Source: a virus
Taxonomy: Duplodnaviria; Caudoviricetes
Virus record (IMG/VR): IMGVR_UViG_3300024051_000049
Span: 1-37,345 of that record
DNA length: 37,345 nt
Strand: one strand, 5' to 3'
Below the pieces are notes generated by a model. It was not told the DNA's origin and ran no database searches. It saw only the letters and a list, made by a program, of their open reading frames with translations. Position numbers and translations under genes: made by a program. Of this stretch, positions 34,757-37,345 are shown in pieces; positions within the stretch are counted from its first letter, which is position 1, and each line of letters opens with the position of its first letter.

Positions 34757-35152
34757 ATGTTTCAACCATGGCAAATAATAAGAGACCTACCCATCACCAT
34801 CCACTGGCGAAGAAAACCCGGTGTCCTCGGTGAAACTAACGGCACAGACACGATCTACTTGCACCCGGACCAATCACAAGCGCAACGACGCTGCACCCTC
34901 ACCCACGAACTCGCACACATCACCCTAGGCCACACTGACGGGTGCACAAGCCGTGAAGAGCACTACGCGGATATCCTCGCAGCGCAATGGCTGATCCCCC
35001 TACCTGACCTCATTAACGCGTTGAAATGGACGGAAAACCCCGTAGAACTCGCTGAAGAACTCACCGTAGACCAAGACACTCTAGCAACTCGGTTAAAGCA
35101 CCTCACACCAGAAGAACTCACAGAAATCCACGCGCACCTTGGAGAGCACTAA
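34757..35152 (+). CDS. immA: ImmA/IrrE-family metallopeptidase (anti-repressor)
   Basis: RRCTLTHELAH...EE-x-x-AD-x-x-AA-x-x-LIP...LAEEL-x-V. Confidence 0.92.
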   Translation: MFQPWQIIRDLPITIHWRRKPGVLGETNGTDTIYLHPDQSQAQRRCTLTHELAHITLGHTDGCTSREEHYADILAAQWLIPLPDLINALKWTENPVELAEELTVDQDTLATRLKHLTPEELTEIHAHLGEH

Positions 35153-36249
35153 TGCCTGGACACGTTAGAGACCGCTGGCACATCCCAGACCCTGACAGTC
35201 CGCGCAAAAAAATTAGGACACAACGCTACGGTAAAGGAAAACGCTGGCAAGCGATCTGGATAGAGCCAGACGGGACACGAAGGTCAGAGTCCTTTGAGTT
35301 GAAGGATGCGGCAGAAGCGAAACTAGATGCGATAAACCACCAACTGCGTTCACATGCGTACATCCCAGCTGAGCGGTCAAGAATCAAGTTCTCAGTCTAT
35401 TATCAGATGTTCACGGACTCGCAGCAGCATCGCCGGCCAAACACGCGGCGTACAGCACAAACCTATTACAAGAACGTTTACAAACCGCATTTAGGTGAGA
35501 AGCCCATCGGCTCCATCACACGGGAAGATATCCAAAACCTAGTCAATGGTCTTGCCGGGAACTACGCTCCGACCACCATCAAGAACATCATCTCCAACCT
35601 ATCGCCTGTATTCACGACAGCGGTTTTCGATGGGTACATAGTCAAGTCCCCTATCGTGCGTATAAGGATCCCAGAAGTCGATTCAGGACGTAAGAATCCT
35701 ATAGGTATTGACGACGTGAAAACCCTTGCCGAAGCGATGCCAGCAGACTACCGGCGTGCATGCCTGTTTAATGCGTGTGTGGGTCTACGACCAGGGGAAT
35801 TATGTGCTATCGAATGGGAAGATATTGAGGACCTCCCAGAGGGTACAGCTCGTCTAACCGTCAGTAAGCAAGTGGACCGGCAGGGGCAGCATGCACCATT
35901 AAAGACGAAGAATTCTTACAGGGTTATCCTGATCGGTGCTCATGCCCGTGCATTCCTTGGGGAACGTGGTGAAGGACCTATTTTTCACACGGTGCTAGGG
36001 AAAAAGTTGACGACCTTGGCGTTACGCACTGAATGGGCGAAAGCACGCGATAAGACGGGAGTGCAAGCGACCGGGTGGCATGAGCTTAGGCATTTTCATG
36101 CTTCGCAGTTGATTGCTGCTGGTGTGTCCCCAGTGGCGGTTGCTCGCAGGCTCGGACACAAAGATGCGACGGAGACGCTACGGACGTATGCGCATTTATG
36201 GCCGGATGATGATGAGCGGATGGCGGATGCTGCTGAGCGGTTTCTGTGA
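35152..36249 (+). CDS. int: Tyrosine integrase
   Basis: GLRPGE, LKT, HELRH, LGH, TY catalytic set; TAATG overlap with immA. Confidence 0.96.
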   Translation: MPGHVRDRWHIPDPDSPRKKIRTQRYGKGKRWQAIWIEPDGTRRSESFELKDAAEAKLDAINHQLRSHAYIPAERSRIKFSVYYQMFTDSQQHRRPNTRRTAQTYYKNVYKPHLGEKPIGSITREDIQNLVNGLAGNYAPTTIKNIISNLSPVFTTAVFDGYIVKSPIVRIRIPEVDSGRKNPIGIDDVKTLAEAMPADYRRACLFNACVGLRPGELCAIEWEDIEDLPEGTARLTVSKQVDRQGQHAPLKTKNSYRVILIGAHARAFLGERGEGPIFHTVLGKKLTTLALRTEWAKARDKTGVQATGWHELRHFHASQLIAAGVSPVAVARRLGHKDATETLRTYAHLWPDDDERMADAAERFL

Positions 36250-36267
36250 GCGTCCAAGGAGCGTCCA
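36248..36267 (+). repeat. Direct repeat GAGCGTCCA x2, candidate integrase arm-type sites
   Basis: Copies at 36248-36256 and 36259-36267, immediately after the int stop. Confidence 0.55.
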
Positions 36268-36307
36268 GTGGATGTGTTTATGCTGGTTGGAGTGGTTTCT
36301 AGTACTA

Positions 36308-37345
36308 CTAAGAATAGTTGCTGTCATCTTGACTTGAAAGTCGTGGCGAGTGTAACACTGCTCGCCCAATAGATCCACGACCAAACTTGGCTTGTATTTC
36401 GTCCATAACCTGCTCAGAGCGACTCAGTGCAACCACCGCACCCTGCGCGGACTCTTCGAGAGTATCTTGCATTGGAAGGCTCTGGGATGAACCCAGATTC
36501 TCAACTCGCACACCAATCAACCTGACAGTTTTATGACGTGGCAACGCTGTCAGAAGTTCCCGAGCATGACGGTATATGACCGCTCCCACATCTGTTGCCG
36601 AGCGCAAAGTAACCGAGCGATTAACCGTAATAAAGTCGGAATCTCGAACTTTGATTGATACAGTCTTGCCCTTTAGTCCACGGGCTCTGAGGCGCCGGGC
36701 GCAGTCATCGCTGAGGTCGAGCATCTTACGAAGTAGTTCCTCTTGAGAATGCTGGTCTCTCGAGAATGTGCTCTCCGCACCAATCGAACGTTCAACGTGA
36801 TAGGTCTCAACTTGCCGTGAATCCTGCCCCCAAGCTAGTGCGAGAAGGTGGCGGGCCGCTGACTTACCGACAATTCGCTCCAGAGCAGGCAGATCAGTAT
36901 GAGCCAATTCAACTACGTTATGAATCCCCCACTGCTCAAGTTTTTCTTGAGTCTTCGCACCAACACCCCACAGCGCGCCCACCGGCAACATATGCAAGAA
37001 CTCCACACTGACAGCATCCGGAATGAGCATGAGTCCGTCCGGCTTCGCTTGAGTCGAAGCCAACTTCGCAATGAACTTATTGCGCGCAATCCCTACCGAA
37101 CAGGTAATACCAAACGCTCGAAATACTTCAGCACGAATCAATTGTCCAATTTCTACAGCGCCACCTAGTCGACGTGTCGATCCTGATATATCGAGAAACG
37201 CTTCATCCACACTCACCTGTTCGAGCTCTGGTGTTATTGCGGCAAGGATGTCCATAACACCTCGAGAAACTTGGCGATATGCTGCATGATCTGGCACAAG
37301 ATAAATCGCACCTGGCGCGAGCGCCTTAGCTCTCGCCACCGGCAT
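36308..37345 (-). CDS. dinB: Host DNA polymerase IV, 5' end outside the window
   Basis: SVDEAFLD, CSVGIA-x-NK-x-x-AK-x-AS-x3-KPDG, LWGVG, VRLIGV. Confidence 0.96.
   Translation of the reverse strand: MPVARAKALAPGAIYLVPDHAAYRQVSRGVMDILAAITPELEQVSVDEAFLDISGSTRRLGGAVEIGQLIRAEVFRAFGITCSVGIARNKFIAKLASTQAKPDGLMLIPDAVSVEFLHMLPVGALWGVGAKTQEKLEQWGIHNVVELAHTDLPALERIVGKSAARHLLALAWGQDSRQVETYHVERSIGAESTFSRDQHSQEELLRKMLDLSDDCARRLRARGLKGKTVSIKVRDSDFITVNRSVTLRSATDVGAVIYRHARELLTALPRHKTVRLIGVRVENLGSSQSLPMQDTLEESAQGAVVALSRSEQVMDEIQAKFGRGSIGRAVLHSPRLSSQDDSNYS

Larger units (their letters stand above)
1..36300. mobile_element. Prophage (extends beyond the left edge; right junction near 36270-36320)
   Basis: Integrase, immunity, replication, packaging and head modules in canonical order, abutting a host gene. 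Confidence 0.95.

Noticed and set aside
1-37345. Complete diversity-generating retroelement
   Set aside because: No reverse transcriptase or separate template repeat recognisable in the window
36308-37345. dinB as phage cargo
   Set aside because: Lies beyond the integrase and the candidate arm sites, convergent with int; most simply a host gene

Overview
The window holds most of a temperate prophage of an actinobacterial host, plus the host junction. On the minus strand, reading from right to left, it carries: a cro-like gene; a long translationally coupled early operon (antirepressor, Xis-like HTH, YqaJ exonuclease, AAA ATPase, two HNH proteins, an LAETG cell-wall-anchored protein, two WhiB-like genes, ParB-like protein, replication initiator, NrdH, MazG, SSB, RusA, orphan methyltransferase, DnaB, DnaN); two tRNAs (Leu-UAA, Lys-UUU); and the packaging/head module (TerS, TerL, portal, scaffold, decoration, major capsid). 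The head module is followed directly by a collagen-like gene and a BspA-type LRR gene that runs off the left edge. On the plus strand lies the lysogeny module (repressor, membrane protein, ImmA protease, tyrosine integrase), converging on the 3' end of a host dinB. Most notable: (1) an exact match to the PafBC/RecA-NDp DNA-damage promoter directly in front of a leaderless immA-integrase pair; (2) LRR repeats that differ only at three non-synonymous, combinatorially assorted sites; (3) several candidate structured RNAs; (4) a phage beta clamp together with clamp-motif-like peptides. All calls come from reading the sequence by eye; no searches were run.
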